32,000 nt of DNA from Zymomonas mobilis subsp. mobilis ATCC 10988 (GCF_000175255.2 NC_017262.1:1980001-2012000), one strand, 5' to 3'. Shown: positions 9,069-19,202, counted from the stretch's first letter. Translations and numbers: made by a program. The notes: generated from the sequence alone by a model not told the origin.

Positions 9069-10042
9069 CTTCAGTTGCCTTGCTGTCTAATCCACAGTCT
9101 ACCGGCAATCGGGCAAAGTTACCCGACATCAGGCATTTTTGTATTCAGGAAGACGATGTCTTTCATTACGAAGTGGAAGAGGTGGATCAGATAGGGGAGG
9201 CGTTATCCAGTATCGCTCAAACACGGCCATCTATTTTGGTCGTGAATGGCGGGGACGGCACTGTCCAAACTGTTTTGACGGCTCTTTATACCGGCAAATA
9301 TTTTGAAAAGCATATGGTGCCGCCGGTTGCGGTTCTACCAAACGGCAAAACCAATCTGATTGCCTTGGATTTGGGGGCAGAAGGCGACCCGGTGGTGGCC
9401 TTGCAAAAAATTCTGGATATTGCACGCGGTGATCTCGACAGCCATATCGTTAAACGCGAATTGATCGCCTTATCGGATAGCAGTGATAAACCACCGGTTC
9501 TCGGGATGTTTCTCGGCGGGGCAGGACTGGCTGATCTTATCATCTATTGTCGTGATACGATTTATCCGCTTGGTTTACCGAATGGTATCAGTCATGTCAT
9601 CGCGGCATTTGCGCTTCTGATATCCATGTTTATTCGCGCGCCTTTATCCTTTTTACCGCGTGCAGCGCGGCCTATTTCTGTTTCCTTGATGCAGCAAGGC
9701 CAGATCAAGGGTAACTTCTCTCTTTTGGTTGTGACGACTTTGGAACGGCTCTTGGTCGGGACACATGTGTTTCAACAAGATCCGCAAGACAAAGGCTCAA
9801 TGAAACTGATGATGGTTGACCAAAATCCGTTTCATCTTATCCATGCGGTGGCGGCAGGTATTGTGGGGCGGCTCGGGAAAAGCCGTATCAAAGGCGTTCA
9901 TCTCAAACAGGATGATGAAATCAGAATTGCTGGTGAACGCTCACATTTAATCTTGGATGGCGAAGTCTTTTACGCGGATAACGAACATCCGGTTATTTTG
10001 CGGCATACCGAGCCGATTTCTTTTGTGAAACTCGCCGTCTAA
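9065..10042 (+). CDS. Diacylglycerol/sphingosine kinase-family lipid kinase
   Basis: MTSVALLSNPQSTGN, ILVVNGGDGTVQTVL, VAVLPNGKTNLIALDLG and HLILDGEVFYAD match the DAGK catalytic family. There is an ATGA overlap with the preceding gene. Confidence 0.85.
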   Translation: MTSVALLSNPQSTGNRAKLPDIRHFCIQEDDVFHYEVEEVDQIGEALSSIAQTRPSILVVNGGDGTVQTVLTALYTGKYFEKHMVPPVAVLPNGKTNLIALDLGAEGDPVVALQKILDIARGDLDSHIVKRELIALSDSSDKPPVLGMFLGGAGLADLIIYCRDTIYPLGLPNGISHVIAAFALLISMFIRAPLSFLPRAARPISVSLMQQGQIKGNFSLLVVTTLERLLVGTHVFQQDPQDKGSMKLMMVDQNPFHLIHAVAAGIVGRLGKSRIKGVHLKQDDEIRIAGERSHLILDGEVFYADNEHPVILRHTEPISFVKLAV

Positions 10043-10085
10043 ATTTTATTGCACTGATCTAAAAGCAGGGGGACTATAACCGCTT

Positions 10086-11021
10086 TTGGCGGTTATAATA
10101 TGCTATAAATATATGATGCAAAAATGGAAGAATACGGATGTGCATGGCCTAAAAAGCATCATTGGTGAAGAACTGACAAAGACGGTTTTGCCGGAAATAT
10201 CCGATATGGCGGCCGCTATTGCTGCACGGCATGGCTCTTCACGGGCTGTTCTTTTTTACGGCTCGGCTTTACGCGCGACTGATCTTGATGGCCTGATGCT
10301 GGATTTTTACCTGATTGTTGATGATTATCATCAGGCTTATTCTCATCGCTGGTTGGCATGGGCGAATAAAGCACTGCCACCTAATGTTTTTCTTTTCCGT
10401 TACAAGGATTTTGTCGCCAAATATGCGGTGCTGACGCTTTCGGATTTCCGGCGGCTGGCGTCACTTGAAACCTTGTCGGTTTCGGTCTGGGCGCGCTTTG
10501 CCCAACCCAGTCGCTTGGTCTGGGCAAAAGACAAAGATTCTGTCACCGCAACAATCGCTGTTGTGGCTTGTGCGGCACCCACTCTTTTGGAAGCAGCGGC
10601 ACCGCTCTTCTCGGGATCAAAAGATCCCCTTGACCGCTGGCGCGAAGCCTTCCGCTTGACCTATCAAGCCGAATTGCGGGTTGAAAAATCGGACGGTCGG
10701 GCTGATCTGATCGTGGACAGCAATCCCGAATATTACCGCCATATTACCCAAGCGGTTGTCGCTCATATCAGCCGAAATTTACCGAGCCGTAAGCAGGCTT
10801 TGCGCTTATGGGCAAAAAGAAGATGGCGCGGCAAATGGCTTAGTATTTTCCGCTTGGCCAAGGCTAGTTTCACCTTCGCAGGTGGGCTTGATTATCTTGC
10901 ATGGAAAATCAACCGCCATGCAGGCACTCAAATCATGATCAAGCCTTGGCAACGCCGTTTTCCGATTATTGGGGCATTAACACTTCTGCCCCGCTTACTT
11001 GCCAAAGGCACCGTGCGCTAA
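10086..11021 (+). CDS. Nucleotidyltransferase-like protein, possible Tam41-type phosphatidate cytidylyltransferase homolog
   Basis: VLFYGSALRATDLDGLMLDFYLIVDDYHQAYSHRWLAW and FVAKYAVLTLSDFRRLASLETLSVSVWARFAQPSRLVWAKD. The start is ambiguous (TTG 10086, ATG 10113/10116, GTG 10140). Confidence 0.6.
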   Translation: MAVIICYKYMMQKWKNTDVHGLKSIIGEELTKTVLPEISDMAAAIAARHGSSRAVLFYGSALRATDLDGLMLDFYLIVDDYHQAYSHRWLAWANKALPPNVFLFRYKDFVAKYAVLTLSDFRRLASLETLSVSVWARFAQPSRLVWAKDKDSVTATIAVVACAAPTLLEAAAPLFSGSKDPLDRWREAFRLTYQAELRVEKSDGRADLIVDSNPEYYRHITQAVVAHISRNLPSRKQALRLWAKRRWRGKWLSIFRLAKASFTFAGGLDYLAWKINRHAGTQIMIKPWQRRFPIIGALTLLPRLLAKGTVR

Positions 11022-11045
11022 TAGCTTTAAACGCATCTGAAATGG

Positions 11046-11077
11046 AAAGAACCGGCCTAGACAGCCGGTTCTTTTTT
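11046..11077 (+). terminator. Rho-independent terminator
   Basis: AAAGAACCGGC-CTAGACA-GCCGGTTCTTT followed by TTTATTTT. It abuts the stop of the convergent dsbD-like gene. Confidence 0.85.
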
Positions 11078-13301
11078 ATTTTCCAAGATTTTGTAATAAG
11101 CCTGTTGTCAGAATTTGCGGCAATATCTGAATTTCGCCATCGGCGGGATAATAGAGATAAAGCGGAATACCCGAACGATGCATCTTGGACAGAAAACGGG
11201 TAATTTCAGGATCACCATTTGTCCAATCGCCATGCAAGGTAACAATACCCTTCTGCCGGAAAGCCTGACGAGTGCTATCACGATCAATCGCCATTTTCTC
11301 GTTGACCTTACAAGTCAGACACCAATCTGCCGAAAAATAGATGAAAAGCGGTTTTTTCTGGCGATGTAATTCTTCAACCGCTTGTTCACTAAAAGGCTCT
11401 ATCTCCGGCGCATCTTTAGCGTTTTCGACTTTTGGATTTGTCTCACTTGCAATCGGATGGGCAGGGGTAAAAGAACCAATCACCACTGAAAATAGGATCG
11501 CTATCGCCGCAGGTAAAAAGCTGTAATTCTTTCCCTTATGTTGGCGTTTTCCTGTCCACCATAACCCTGTTGCCGATATCAGACAGATACCGAAGGCAAC
11601 AATTAAACCATCCGTTCCGATCTGATGCCCTAATGTCCATCCCAACCACAAGGCAGTGATAAACATCGGAATAGCCAAAATATGGCGCATCGTGGCCATC
11701 CATGCCCCGGGTCTTGGCAATAATTTCCGTATCGGCGGGACAAAACCAATCGCCAAAAAGGGCAGTGCCATACCAATACCCAATCCGGCAAAAACCATCA
11801 GGGATTCAATCGGTGACAAGACCAAGGCAACCCCGATCGCTGCCGCCATAAAGGGACCCGTGCAAGGGGTCGCAATAAAGGCGGCCAAAGCGCCCGTGGT
11901 AAAGGCACCTAAAAGGCTATCCTGTTTTGGATTAGCTCCGCCGTTAAAACTCGGAAGCTCAAATAATCCGGCCAGATTAAAACCAATCATGGCGGTTAAA
12001 ACCATCAAAGCCAAAACGATATGGGGATATTGCAACTGGAATGCCCATCCAACGGCATGCCCTCCCGCTCGAAACAAAAGAAGTGCCGCACCCAATCCCA
12101 AACAGACCATAATCACACCAGCGCTATAGGCTGAGGCTTCTAACCGATGGGCTTTTTCAGGGGCATGGGTGCGGGCAAGGCTCAAGGCCTTCAGGCTCAA
12201 GATAGGAAAGACGCAAGGCATGATATTTAAAATCAGCCCACCCAAAAACGCCCCTGCCAAAGCCAACCATAACAGCTTGCCATTATGTCCTTTTCCTACA
12301 GAGGGAGTTTCATTTTGTGCTGTATTCTGTTGCGGGGAAGCTGTCGCTTTGGCTTGGCCTTCTTCACTTGATGCCGTCAAAATAACGGGATTTTTGTCCG
12401 GTAGAGAGATATTGCCTTTTTGAGCATTGACCAAGAAACCCTTTCCGTCTTTTAAACGGAAAACGCCGGTTATAGCGGAGGGAATAGAGGCTTTTTCCCG
12501 CAAGGGCAGGGTCAGAAAAAGGGCGTTACCCTCACGAAGCAAGCGTTGATCGGCACTATAGTCAAACACGCCATCTTGTGACGGGAAAAACCACACGCCA
12601 TTGATCGTGGTATCAAGCTTTTCGGTTTCGGGATAATCCAGTTTCAGAATGATTTGATTCTGTTGTTGGGCAAATAAAGCCTGCCTTCCAGTTGTTTCTG
12701 GTAAAGCCCGTCGAAAGGCCTGAAATAGTTGGCTATTATCCGCTGTAATTTCACCCTTACCGATATGCAGCAACAAATGACGTTCGGCCGTTTCTGGCAC
12801 ACAGCTGGTATCGGTGCAGGCCAACCAATTTAACTGCGCCGATATCGGCAAAGCTGTTCCCACAGGCAAGCCGGCCGGAATATCCAGATCAATCAACAAG
12901 CGATAATCATGCTGATAGACATAGCTCATTAAACCGGCGACTTTCATCTTTTCCGGTATCGGATACTGGATAGCCGAGGTTTTAATTTTATAAGGAAAAT
13001 GCCAGATTATTTCGGTTTCTTGTCCGGCATCACCCCCGTTTTTCCAATAACCATGCCAGCCCTGATGGGGCTTCATTTCCAAGGCTACGGTCACCTTTGT
13101 CCCTGCTTTAGGGGTTAAGGTCTCTGCGATAAATTGTGGCTCGATATGCAAATCGCTATCGGACAAAGTCGCGGCAGAAAGGGGATAGATGAAAAGGGCT
13201 AAAGCCCAGCAAAAAAGGCAGCCAAAGGCGCGGTAAACGGAGGCCAATATCGTCATAACCCTCACGGTAACATTTCTTTTCATGAAAGCAAGAAAGAACA
13301 A
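11076..13301 (-). CDS. DsbD-family thiol:disulfide interchange protein (periplasmic, transmembrane and thioredoxin-like domains)
   Basis: GGLILNIMPCVFPILSLKALSLAR, ATPCTGPFMAAAIG and the C-terminal FIYFSADWCLTCKVNEK. The likely start is an internal Met at about 13283. Confidence 0.88.
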   Translation of the reverse strand: MFFLAFMKRNVTVRVMTILASVYRAFGCLFCWALALFIYPLSAATLSDSDLHIEPQFIAETLTPKAGTKVTVALEMKPHQGWHGYWKNGGDAGQETEIIWHFPYKIKTSAIQYPIPEKMKVAGLMSYVYQHDYRLLIDLDIPAGLPVGTALPISAQLNWLACTDTSCVPETAERHLLLHIGKGEITADNSQLFQAFRRALPETTGRQALFAQQQNQIILKLDYPETEKLDTTINGVWFFPSQDGVFDYSADQRLLREGNALFLTLPLREKASIPSAITGVFRLKDGKGFLVNAQKGNISLPDKNPVILTASSEEGQAKATASPQQNTAQNETPSVGKGHNGKLLWLALAGAFLGGLILNIMPCVFPILSLKALSLARTHAPEKAHRLEASAYSAGVIMVCLGLGAALLLFRAGGHAVGWAFQLQYPHIVLALMVLTAMIGFNLAGLFELPSFNGGANPKQDSLLGAFTTGALAAFIATPCTGPFMAAAIGVALVLSPIESLMVFAGLGIGMALPFLAIGFVPPIRKLLPRPGAWMATMRHILAIPMFITALWLGWTLGHQIGTDGLIVAFGICLISATGLWWTGKRQHKGKNYSFLPAAIAILFSVVIGSFTPAHPIASETNPKVENAKDAPEIEPFSEQAVEELHRQKKPLFIYFSADWCLTCKVNEKMAIDRDSTRQAFRQKGIVTLHGDWTNGDPEITRFLSKMHRSGIPLYLYYPADGEIQILPQILTTGLLQNLGK

Positions 13302-13415
13302 GTTTAAGATAGTTCTATCGCAAGTTTATTAAGGGCTGGTCGTTCAGAAATCTTTCTTGTAGGCTCCCCCCATCGGCGTTTTTCAAAGCCCCATCCCAAG
13401 ACAGAAAGATCAAAA

Positions 13416-15182
13416 ATGGTTTCTCTTCGGCACCGTCCGTTTCTGACGGCTTTTTCTGCGCTTATTGCTTTTTCAAGCAGCCATCTGGCCATGGCACGTC
13501 AAACCCAAAAACCGGTGACGGTCACAAAAGAAATCGACTGGTCTGATGTTGCCCATCTGCCTAAAAAATCAACCGCCTCTCACGCTATGGTAGCGGCGGC
13601 CAATCCTTTGGCGGTAAAGGCTGGATATGATGTCTTGAAAGCAGGCGGCAGTGCCGTTGATGCAGCGGTTGCTATCCAAGCCGTTTTGGGGCTGGTTGAA
13701 CCACAAAGTTCAGGCATCGGCGGCGGTGCTTTCATGACCTATTATGATGCCAAAACCCATAAAGTAACGGCCTATAATGGGCGAGAAACCGCTCCGGCTG
13801 ATGCTACGCCTGATATGTTTTTGGATGATAATAAAAACCCGATTCCGTTTAAACAGGCGGTTGTTTCCGGTCGCGCCACGGGTGTTCCGGGGGCTGTTGC
13901 TATGCTGGAATTGGCACAAAAAGAACATGGTATTTTGCCATGGCGTCAATTATTTACGCCTGCGATTGCCCTAGCCGAGCAAGGCTTTACCGTTTCGCCA
14001 CGCCTTGCCAGCATGATTAACGGCCATTCCCCCGAAGCCTATACCGAAGACGCTATCCGCTATTTTGTTAAAGCTAACGGAGAACGCTATCAGGCCGGTG
14101 ATATTTTAAAGAATCCTGATTATGCGAATAGTTTGAAGGCCATTTCCGAAAAAGGTTCGGCTGCCTTGCTCACGGGGGCGATTGCACAGGCGATTGTAGA
14201 TAAAGTCCATCAAGCGCCTTTGGCGGGCAGTATGACGATGGCTGATCTTGCGGGTTATCGCCCGAAAGAAAGCGCCGCTTTATGTAAAGGCTATCATCTC
14301 TATGTCGTCTGCACTCCCGATGCGCCTTCAGGTGGCGTTGGGTTGCAAGAGGCTTTAGGCTTGCTCTCACATACCGATATTGATCGCCGCAATGCCGATG
14401 ATCCGAAAGCATGGTTGGAATTTGCCGAAGCTAGCCGTCTTGCCTATGCTGACCGCGATTATTTTGTCGGTGATCCTGATTTTGTAAAAGTGCCGGTCAC
14501 CGGATTATTAGACCCTCATTATATCGCCGAAAGGGCAAAATTGATTGGCGATAAAGCCAATCCCCAAGCCCCCAGCCACGGTAATCCCAAAGGCGCGCCC
14601 AGCTATAGCATGGATGCAACGGCTGAACCGGGCGGCACAACCCATCTTGTTATTGTCGATAGCAAGGGAAATGCTGTCTCGATGACGACGACGGTTGAAA
14701 ATATCTTTGGCTCTGGTCGTATGGTGGGCGGTTTCTTCCTAAACAACCAATTGACAGATTTTTCTTTCTCGCCACAGGCCTATGACAATACACCGGCCGC
14801 GAATGCTGTTGCGGGTGACAAACGTCCCCGTTCAACGATGGCACCGACACTGGTCTTTAACCAGAAAGGCCAATTTGTCGCTGCCTTGGGTTCACCAGGG
14901 GGCAGCTCTATTCAGGCCTACAATCTGAAAGCGATTGTGGCCCTTCTCGATTGGCATATGCCGGTTGATCAAGCCTTGGCGCTTCCCAATCTGGTCGCCC
15001 ATGGCACGCTTTTTCTTTCCGACCCGTTTCCTGCCAAGGTATCACAAGGCCTGAAGGATTTAGGCGTTACGCTAACACCGGCAGAGCATGAAGAATCCGG
15101 CCTTCAAGCGATTATCAAACGGGGTAACTATTACGAAGGCGGTGCCGATATCAGAAGAGAAGGCACGGCCGTCGGCTTCTAA
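13416..15182 (+). CDS. ggt: Gamma-glutamyltransferase
   Basis: AVKAGYDVLKAGGSAVDAAVAIQAVLGLVEPQSSGIGGGAFMTYYD, NGRETAP, catalytic GGTTHLVIVD, RPRSTMAPTLVF, ALGSPGG and an N-terminal signal peptide. Confidence 0.94.
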   Translation: MVSLRHRPFLTAFSALIAFSSSHLAMARQTQKPVTVTKEIDWSDVAHLPKKSTASHAMVAAANPLAVKAGYDVLKAGGSAVDAAVAIQAVLGLVEPQSSGIGGGAFMTYYDAKTHKVTAYNGRETAPADATPDMFLDDNKNPIPFKQAVVSGRATGVPGAVAMLELAQKEHGILPWRQLFTPAIALAEQGFTVSPRLASMINGHSPEAYTEDAIRYFVKANGERYQAGDILKNPDYANSLKAISEKGSAALLTGAIAQAIVDKVHQAPLAGSMTMADLAGYRPKESAALCKGYHLYVVCTPDAPSGGVGLQEALGLLSHTDIDRRNADDPKAWLEFAEASRLAYADRDYFVGDPDFVKVPVTGLLDPHYIAERAKLIGDKANPQAPSHGNPKGAPSYSMDATAEPGGTTHLVIVDSKGNAVSMTTTVENIFGSGRMVGGFFLNNQLTDFSFSPQAYDNTPAANAVAGDKRPRSTMAPTLVFNQKGQFVAALGSPGGSSIQAYNLKAIVALLDWHMPVDQALALPNLVAHGTLFLSDPFPAKVSQGLKDLGVTLTPAEHEESGLQAIIKRGNYYEGGADIRREGTAVGF

Positions 15183-15189
15183 GACATCA

Positions 15190-15237
15190 AAACACCCCTG
15201 TAATCAAAGCGATAACGCTCTGGCTACAGGGGTGTTT
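15190..15237. terminator. Hairpin terminator between ggt and ctrA (convergent)
   Basis: 13-bp arms AAACACCCCTGTA / TACAGGGGTGTTT with a nested AGCG/CGCT stem. Confidence 0.8.
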
Positions 15238-15316
15238 AAATCGGTCAAAATATCCTGCTGATAGATACGATTCTTATCGTAACCGATCTAAAGTAAATCC
15301 ACTCGCAACGGAAATT

Positions 15317-16021
15317 TTAAGCCTGCTGGCCTTCCAATTCGGCATGTTCTGCTTCGCGCAAGATGTAACCGCGTCCCCAGACCGTTTCGATATAATTTTC
15401 GTCAGGATAGGCTTTGTTCAGCTTTTTCCGCAGTTTGCAGACAAAGACATCAATAATTTTTAATTCCGGTTCATCCATCCCACCATAAAGATGGTTCAAG
15501 AACATTTCTTTCGTGATGGTGGTGCCTTTTCTCAAAGACAGCAATTCCAATATGGCATATTCTTTACCGGTCAGATGAACAGGCTTGTTATCAATCTCGA
15601 CTGTTTTACTATCAAGATTGACGGTTAAACGGCCTGTTTTAATAATTGACTGGGAATGGCCTTGGGAACGGCGAACAACGGCTTGAATACGGGCAATCAA
15701 TTCTTCCTGATGGAAAGGCTTGGTCAAATAATCATCAGCCCCAAAGCCCAAAGCCCGCACTTTGGATTCCATTTCGGCAATACCAGACAATACAATGATC
15801 GGCGTTTTTACCTGCGCCGTCCGTAACGTCTTTAATACTTCATAGCCATGCATATCGGGCAAATTGAGATCAAGACAAATGATATCATAATCATACAGCT
15901 TGCCCAGATCGATGCCTTCTTCGCCAAGGTCTGTCGTATAGACATTGAAACGCTTTTTCGTCAGCATCAATTCGATAGATTTCGCCGTTGTCGGCTCATC
16001 TTCTATCAATAAAACACGCAT
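15317..16021 (-). CDS. ctrA: Cell-cycle response regulator CtrA (OmpR family)
   Basis: [20 protein letters not shown] ... [22 protein letters not shown] ... [53 protein letters not shown] ... [12 protein letters not shown]. Confidence 0.96.
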   Translation of the reverse strand: MRVLLIEDEPTTAKSIELMLTKKRFNVYTTDLGEEGIDLGKLYDYDIICLDLNLPDMHGYEVLKTLRTAQVKTPIIVLSGIAEMESKVRALGFGADDYLTKPFHQEELIARIQAVVRRSQGHSQSIIKTGRLTVNLDSKTVEIDNKPVHLTGKEYAILELLSLRKGTTITKEMFLNHLYGGMDEPELKIIDVFVCKLRKKLNKAYPDENYIETVWGRGYILREAEHAELEGQQA

Positions 16022-16207
16022 TCTCCATTCCCCGTTATAGCTGTCATACTATTATTATAGTTGACAGGTTAACTACGCCCCCTGCCATCAACTATCTTTT
16101 TCCTAGATATCTCCGTATCTTTGATGAAAAAGAAAGAAAGCCAGCATTCCATGAATTTTTATTATGTGATCAAAAAGAAGAATGCTGACATCTATAATAA
16201 TTTACGA

Positions 16208-16903
16208 TCAAGATTCTGTTTTATATTTTAACTCTAAAAAGCGCTGCTGAGTAGCCAATTTATCAAGATCATGATGGGCAAGCTCTTCTTCTATGCGACC
16301 TAGTGCCTGATTGATCACATCTAGGCCGGTTGCAAGCTGTGAATCAGGGCTATCCAGACCAGCGCGTTTCTGTGTTCTTAAGTTAACGGGTATTTCGACA
16401 TAGCCTTTAACCAATTCCGGCATTTCTTCACTGACCAATTTTCGCATCTGGGTCGCTGTCGGATCATCTTCCGGCAGTTTTTCGGTGACAGAGGACAAAT
16501 GCGATAATTTATCAAGGATCGATTCTGCCAAAGGACGGGCAGGCGGCGGCAAAGCCTGTTTCTGGGCTGACAGCCATGAAGCGGCCTGCGACGGTAATTG
16601 TTTTAAAGACTGTTTTTGCAAATTTTCAATTTTAACCGGACGCGGCAAGGGCAGGGTCAAAGGTGCCAAAATACTCCCCAAGACCAAGGCCGCAAAAGTC
16701 AGGATAATACCAGAAATGCCCAGCGGATGGATAAAACCAATAATAAAGGCGGCCAGTATAATCGCCGCATCCGTTACACATAGCCGCTTTAGTCGCCGTC
16801 CTAACAGGCTTTTCTTTGCAAAGGCGCGGCTTGCTTCTTGACCATCCCGAAGCCTTGCCAAAACAGCCTGCGCTTCCAAAAGTATTTGCTGATTACTGGC
16901 CAT
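16208..16903 (-). CDS. XpaC-like / conserved membrane protein partner of TelA-family protein
   Basis: 231 aa with two hydrophobic segments then a helical C-terminus. It lies immediately downstream of the TelA-type gene. Confidence 0.6.
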   Translation of the reverse strand: MASNQQILLEAQAVLARLRDGQEASRAFAKKSLLGRRLKRLCVTDAAIILAAFIIGFIHPLGISGIILTFAALVLGSILAPLTLPLPRPVKIENLQKQSLKQLPSQAASWLSAQKQALPPPARPLAESILDKLSHLSSVTEKLPEDDPTATQMRKLVSEEMPELVKGYVEIPVNLRTQKRAGLDSPDSQLATGLDVINQALGRIEEELAHHDLDKLATQQRFLELKYKTES

Positions 16904-16912
16904 TTATTTCCC

Positions 16913-18190
16913 TTACAAAGGCTTGAACGGATCTCCTGTCGGAACCGTTTTAGAAGCCGCCGCCGCAGGCGGTGCATTTTTGTCCTCTGCCTGCATCAAC
17001 TGTTTCATTGCTTGGTCTTGACCTTGGCCGGAACCTTGCGCCCGCGCAATATAACCGCGTGATTTCTCAATTTCGTCAGACAAGACATCGACCGTCTGTT
17101 TCATCGAAGACAAGGCTTGGACTTTATATTGGTCAATAGAATCCATGGTTGCATAGATATTGCTAAAGGCACGCTTCAGAACATCGAGTGGGATCGTTGC
17201 CGATGCCGCTTGTTTCTGAATCTCTCCGGTCTGGTTTCTTAACATTTCGCCAGTGGAATCGATAATATTCGCCGTCGTGCTGTTCAAAGCATTGATCTGT
17301 TCCAGAACAAGCTTTTGGTTGGTCAAAGCCTGCGCCACGGTCACGGCTGTTTTTAGGGCGGCCACTGTCGTTGTCGAAGCGCGATCAACCCCTTTAATCA
17401 GTTCGATATTATTCTTTCTGACCAGATCCAATGCCAGATAGCCCTGAACACTCACGGCTAATTGGGTCAAAAGATCTGTTACCCGTTGCCGGACATAGAA
17501 CAGCGCGCTTTCCCGCAAGGTCTTGGCTTTGGCTGGATCGCTGATGTCCAGCTCATGACTTTTGGCTTCCAACTGGCTATCCAGCGTTTTCGCCATATAA
17601 ATCATCTGTTCCAGACGTTCCAACGTCGCCCATAAGGTCTGGCGCTCAACGTCAATCGCCGCATTATCTTTCAACAATTCATCCTTACCGCTTTCAAGAC
17701 TGGTAAGAATGGTGCCGATATGGGATTGCGCCGATTTATAGCTGTCGAAATAATCGCGGAGCTTGTTTCCGAAAGGAATAATACCAAAAATCTTCTTGGG
17801 CGCCGTTAAATCACCGCGTTTTCCGGGATCAAGGTCTTCGATCACCCGCCGCAACTGGGCAAGATTGGAACCAATGGGGCTACTGCCATCCATGGCTTTA
17901 ACCGGACGATCCAAAAAACGATTAGATTGATTGGCGGCTTCCCGAATTTCATTGCGTCCCAGATTGATGATAGAATCAACTTTTTTGCCAAATTCGGGGC
18001 TATTGGGATTTTCGGCCACCAGTTCTTCAATAAAGCCGCTCACCTTGGCTTCAAGCTGGCTTTTTTTGCCATCATCCAATGGGACTAAACCATCGGCTTT
18101 TTCTGTCGAAACGGGTGGAACAGGATCAGGGGGAGTTAGCTTTAAATCAGCATTATTCTGACCAGCGGCATTATTTTCTGTAACCATCAA
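16913..18190 (-). CDS. TelA-family (toxic anion resistance) protein
   Basis: FGNKLRDYFDSYKSAQSHIGTILTSLESGKDELLKDNAAIDVERQTLWATLERLEQMIYMAKTLD ... LRKNNIELIKGVDRASTTTVAALKTAVTVAQALTNQKLVLEQI ... NAPPAAAASKTVPTGDPFKPL. Confidence 0.85.
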   Translation of the reverse strand: MMVTENNAAGQNNADLKLTPPDPVPPVSTEKADGLVPLDDGKKSQLEAKVSGFIEELVAENPNSPEFGKKVDSIINLGRNEIREAANQSNRFLDRPVKAMDGSSPIGSNLAQLRRVIEDLDPGKRGDLTAPKKIFGIIPFGNKLRDYFDSYKSAQSHIGTILTSLESGKDELLKDNAAIDVERQTLWATLERLEQMIYMAKTLDSQLEAKSHELDISDPAKAKTLRESALFYVRQRVTDLLTQLAVSVQGYLALDLVRKNNIELIKGVDRASTTTVAALKTAVTVAQALTNQKLVLEQINALNSTTANIIDSTGEMLRNQTGEIQKQAASATIPLDVLKRAFSNIYATMDSIDQYKVQALSSMKQTVDVLSDEIEKSRGYIARAQGSGQGQDQAMKQLMQAEDKNAPPAAAASKTVPTGDPFKPL

Positions 18191-18270
18191 GCGGCACTCC
18201 CCAACTATCCATCTGTAAAATCTGGCCTTTTATTTCCGGTCTTCAAGAGACGAAAAGAAATTTAACGCTT

Positions 18271-19191
18271 TTACCTGACCCATTCCAAACCGATTTCATT
18301 ATAAATGTCGCGATCTTCATCCCATCTCGGGCTGACTTTAACATGCAGGAATAGATGAACTTTGCAGCCTAAAATCTGGGATAATTCGGCACGGGCTTTA
18401 CTGCCGATTTCTTTCAGCCTTGCACCATGATGACCGACAACAATCGCCTTTTGGGAATCGCGGGCGATCAAGATTTGCTGATGAATAGCGACCGAACCAT
18501 CTTTCCGCTCTTCATATTTTTCGGTTTCAACTGCGGCGGCATAGGGTAATTCATCATGAAGCTGTAAAAAGATTTGTTCGCGGGTAATTTCTGCTGCCAA
18601 CATACGATCCGTGACATCTGACACCTGATCTTCTGGGAAATGCCATGGGCTTTCCGGCATCATATCCGCCAAAGAACGCTTAAGATCGGCGACCCCATCT
18701 CCGGTTGTGGCCGAAACCATAAACAAGGCTTCCGGCTTGATCGCTTCATAAAGCTTTTGTGCCAAAGCCAGTAATTCAGCTTTCGGGGTGATATCGACTT
18801 TATTCAGAATAATAACTTTGGGTTCTTTACGGGCGGCAACAGCTTCCACCAAAGGTTCAATTCGGCGGGTAAGACCAGAAGAGGCATCCACCACCAAAGC
18901 CACGAGATTGGCACCTTCGGCACTGCCCCAAGCGGCGGCAACCATCGCGCGATCAAAACGCTTTTTCGGGGTAAAAATACCGGGCGTATCCACTAACAAG
19001 ATCTGGGTCTGATCCTGCAAGGCAATACCCATTAAACGGGCGCGGGTTGTCTGCGCCTTGGGGCTGATAATGGCAATTTTCTGGCCAACCAACGCATTAA
19101 CAAGGGTTGATTTACCAGCATTCGGCGCACCCACAATGGCGACCAGACCGCAATGCTGGGTATTCTCTGAAGGCGTATTCGTATCTTTCAT
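18271..19191 (-). CDS. era: GTPase Era
   Basis: VAIVGAPNAGKSTLVNALVGQKIAIISPKAQTTRARLMGI, DTPGIF, NKVD and the KH region IVVGHHGARLKEIGSKARAELSQILGCKVHLFLHVKV. Confidence 0.96.
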   Translation of the reverse strand: MKDTNTPSENTQHCGLVAIVGAPNAGKSTLVNALVGQKIAIISPKAQTTRARLMGIALQDQTQILLVDTPGIFTPKKRFDRAMVAAAWGSAEGANLVALVVDASSGLTRRIEPLVEAVAARKEPKVIILNKVDITPKAELLALAQKLYEAIKPEALFMVSATTGDGVADLKRSLADMMPESPWHFPEDQVSDVTDRMLAAEITREQIFLQLHDELPYAAAVETEKYEERKDGSVAIHQQILIARDSQKAIVVGHHGARLKEIGSKARAELSQILGCKVHLFLHVKVSPRWDEDRDIYNEIGLEWVR

Positions 19192-19202
19192 TCTTTCTTC
19201 AT

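Noticed and set aside
11656-12129. 157-aa plus-strand ORF
   Set aside because: Antisense to the well-supported DsbD-like gene, low-complexity (Lys/Pro/Ala), no recognisable domain. The ORFs at 11341, 12169 and 11115 are treated the same way.
16485-16841. 118-aa plus-strand ORF
   Set aside because: Antisense to the XpaC-like gene, basic low-complexity shadow ORF.
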